Assembly (NCBI GenBank): GCA_965112155.1 | Contig: OZ218106.1 | Source of the DNA: Podarcis liolepis | Taxonomy: Eukaryota | Direction: 5' to 3' (one strand) | Length of the DNA: 64,000 nt | Part shown: piece by piece, positions 61,715-64,000 of the stretch | Position numbering within the stretch: position 1 is the first letter of the stretch | Layout: each line of letters begins with the position of its first letter | Notes under the pieces: generated by a model | The model's database searches: none | What the model saw: the letters and a program-made list of their open reading frames with translations, nothing else | What the model was told of the DNA's origin: nothing | Position numbers and translations under genes: made by a program

Positions 61715-63132
61715 CTACTTTCTGCAATGTCAGGTCATTGGTCCATTTGGCTTAGTATTACACTGACTAGCAGAAGCTCTCCAGGATGACAGATCACTTC
61801 CAGAGTTCTCATCTAAGACACAGTAAAGACATGTGGGTGGCAATCCCATTTCCCACACAGAGGACACTCTGGAAGGATGTGTGTCCATGGATTTATTAAA
61901 GACTGGTAGTCTCTGTGGAGAAATGAGAACATGAGGGTGGGAGTTTGTACTGAGAAAACAGAAGTTTCCATAGATTATTTTTGTAAGAGATTTACTGAAG
62001 AAGAAGAAAGACTTCTTTTAAAAATCACAATCAGTTCAGCAGAACAGAGTACTTCTCTTCCAATGGGTGTTCAGTGGGTAGGTGCCCTGGTCATGCGGAT
62101 TTGCAACTTTGGTTATGAAGAGGAAACCTAAAAGATCACCTTTTCCTCCCAGGATTCTTATTTTCCTTATATTTACACAAAAGTTACATGAAAATGAAAT
62201 AAAATTACAAAGGAGGCATGCGAAATTGGAAAATGTTCAGGCAGGTTTTATGAAGCAGCTAGAGAAAGCAGCAGCAAGGATAGGTAGCTGTCCACATCCC
62301 CAGAAGCTGATCCTTAAATGCACCACTTTCCAGTGCATCAGTGCTGAGCCTTTTATAAATTGGGTCACATCAGTAGAGCACAAAGGGGAACCGAGCAGCT
62401 ATTATGTACAGTAGCCACTTCTCTGATTGCAATCAATGTTTCAAATTAGAGTGCTCTTCTGGCTTGAGCTCTATTACAGAAAAAGGTCTTGTCACTTTGA
62501 GTTAAAGATGGCCAGGCACACAGCATCCAGGTGCCCAGATTAATTCTTGGGTCTCTTTGTTTTATTTTGTTTTCAGTTTGAGGTGTTAATTCCACAACAT
62601 TTCAGGTCCCAGATTAGTGGGGCTTAATTGCAAGGAATGACTTGTGTGCTCCTGCTTTCCCCCAGTGCCAAACCCAGGCTGCAATCCTGCACCCACTTAC
62701 TTGGGAGTAAGCCCCATTAAACACAAAGAGACACACTTCCGAGGAGACATGTACACCATTGTACTTAGGTTAGCTATACAGTAAATTCTTAGAGAGAGTC
62801 TGGTTTTTAGCTCTTGCACAACAGGAGTCATGCCCAGTTCTCCTTGCAAAGTTTGGCCATTTTGCATTTGCCATTGGGAGATGGTGACTGACTCTCTAAC
62901 ATCCACTGGCATTTATTGAGCCATAGTCTTTGCAGAAAATAACATCGAGGAAGTAGCTATCTCAGAAGAATCTACCACAGGGAGGGGAAAAGCACCTTGA
63001 TTGCTAGGAAAAAAGAAAGGGCAAACTACAGAGATTTCACAGACTTGAAAATGAGACAAAAGCAGGAAAACTGCACTTAAGGGAAGGAGAAATCAGCAGC
63101 TCTTTAGGATTTGTGGGATTAATACTGCATGG

Positions 63133-63335
63133 CAGGTGCACCCACTCTATGGGACTGAGGTGTCTTTGCCCCCCCTCAATATTTGTTTGAAGGGGGCCCA
63201 GTCCCCTCCAAGTTGAGGGGGTCTTGCATGCGTCATGGAAGGCTGCACTAGCACAAGGTCGCATTGGTCTGCACAGGGTCCAGAGATGCTGTGAGGACTG
63301 GCACAGCCTGGGCCTCCTCAAACTTGGCACCTCTG
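63133..63335. mobile_element. Non-autonomous hAT-like element (terminus related to 40153)
   Basis: Perfect 8-bp TSD ctgcatgg (63125-32, 63336-43); right end ttggcacctctg. Confidence 0.7.
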
Positions 63336-63496
63336 CTGCATGGTGTCAAACAACTCACTGATTAGTCACAGTTATGATTTTCACTCACTGGCAAAAGGCA
63401 GGAGCAGCTAGGCTGGCTCATTTTACAGCGATCGCTTTGAAGGGCACCTGCACATTTTGCTTTATAACTTTATTTCTAGGAAGGCTAGAAACTTAC

Positions 63497-63528
<32 letters not shown>

Positions 63529-64000
63529 TTAAAGAAAGGTCCAGGTAAGCATTAAGATATAATGGATTTAATTTATATGCCGAGTTGGATTACAATGTGT
63601 ACACTGCACCTTCATAAATTCCATTTTCATGGCCATTTATCAACCATGTATAATGGCTGGATGAGCTTTGGCTTATTCAGCCATTTCGTGTGGTTGGCAA
63701 ATTCTCATGAAAATGGAATGAGTGATAGCCAAATGGTATGGCTGCCTTGAACATGTAAAACCAATTTCAACTAATTGTATCAGCCCATGCCATCTCTGCT
63801 TATGTTCAAAGCAGCATTCATCATGGGGCATTTCAATATCTGCAAATGCTAGTGAATGAAACATATATATATATATAGTGGTGTTTGATCATAAAGTCTA
63901 TTAAAAATCTTGGTTGTCCCTTTTAAATAATGAACAAATGGCACAATCCAAACATTTTCCTACCCAGTGGATCTAAGTATATTAAGAAGTCATGAACAAG

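Noticed and set aside
61458-61766. ORF spanning the N run
   Set aside because: Artefact of the assembly gap.
1-64000. CRISPR arrays, operons or other prokaryote-type systems
   Set aside because: The sequence is intron-containing vertebrate DNA; the recurring palindromes are dispersed MITEs, not regularly spaced repeat-spacer arrays.

Overview
Vertebrate genomic DNA, very likely a lacertid lizard (Podarcis/Lacerta-type Sauria SINE plus squamate CR1, L2, RTE and MITE repeats). Two genes are supported. NEIL3 is represented by its last two coding exons (+ strand, 2035-3884, tandem GRF zinc fingers). AGA (lysosomal aspartylglucosaminidase) is complete and convergent: 9 exons, - strand, CDS 31417->19262, 1062 nt, 353 aa, intact His-Asp-Thr autocleavage site, CpG-island promoter near 31-31.9 kb. 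This tail-to-tail NEIL3-AGA arrangement matches human. The remaining ~32 kb upstream of AGA has no credible gene; it holds transposon relics, microsatellites, hairpins, candidate enhancers and a 129-N gap. I see no wholly new multi-gene system. Best leads: (1) three LTR-derived pieces that each carry an acidic/Pro-rich reading frame starting at nucleotide 2 of the LTR, suggesting a U3-encoded protein tail; (2) an iterated templated insertion at 9008-9069 copied from ~850 bp away; (3) apparent relocation of an AGA N-glycosylation site from the alpha to the beta subunit, and a (CTG)8 poly-Leu tract in the AGA signal peptide. Repeat family names and human residue numbers are from memory, not database searches.
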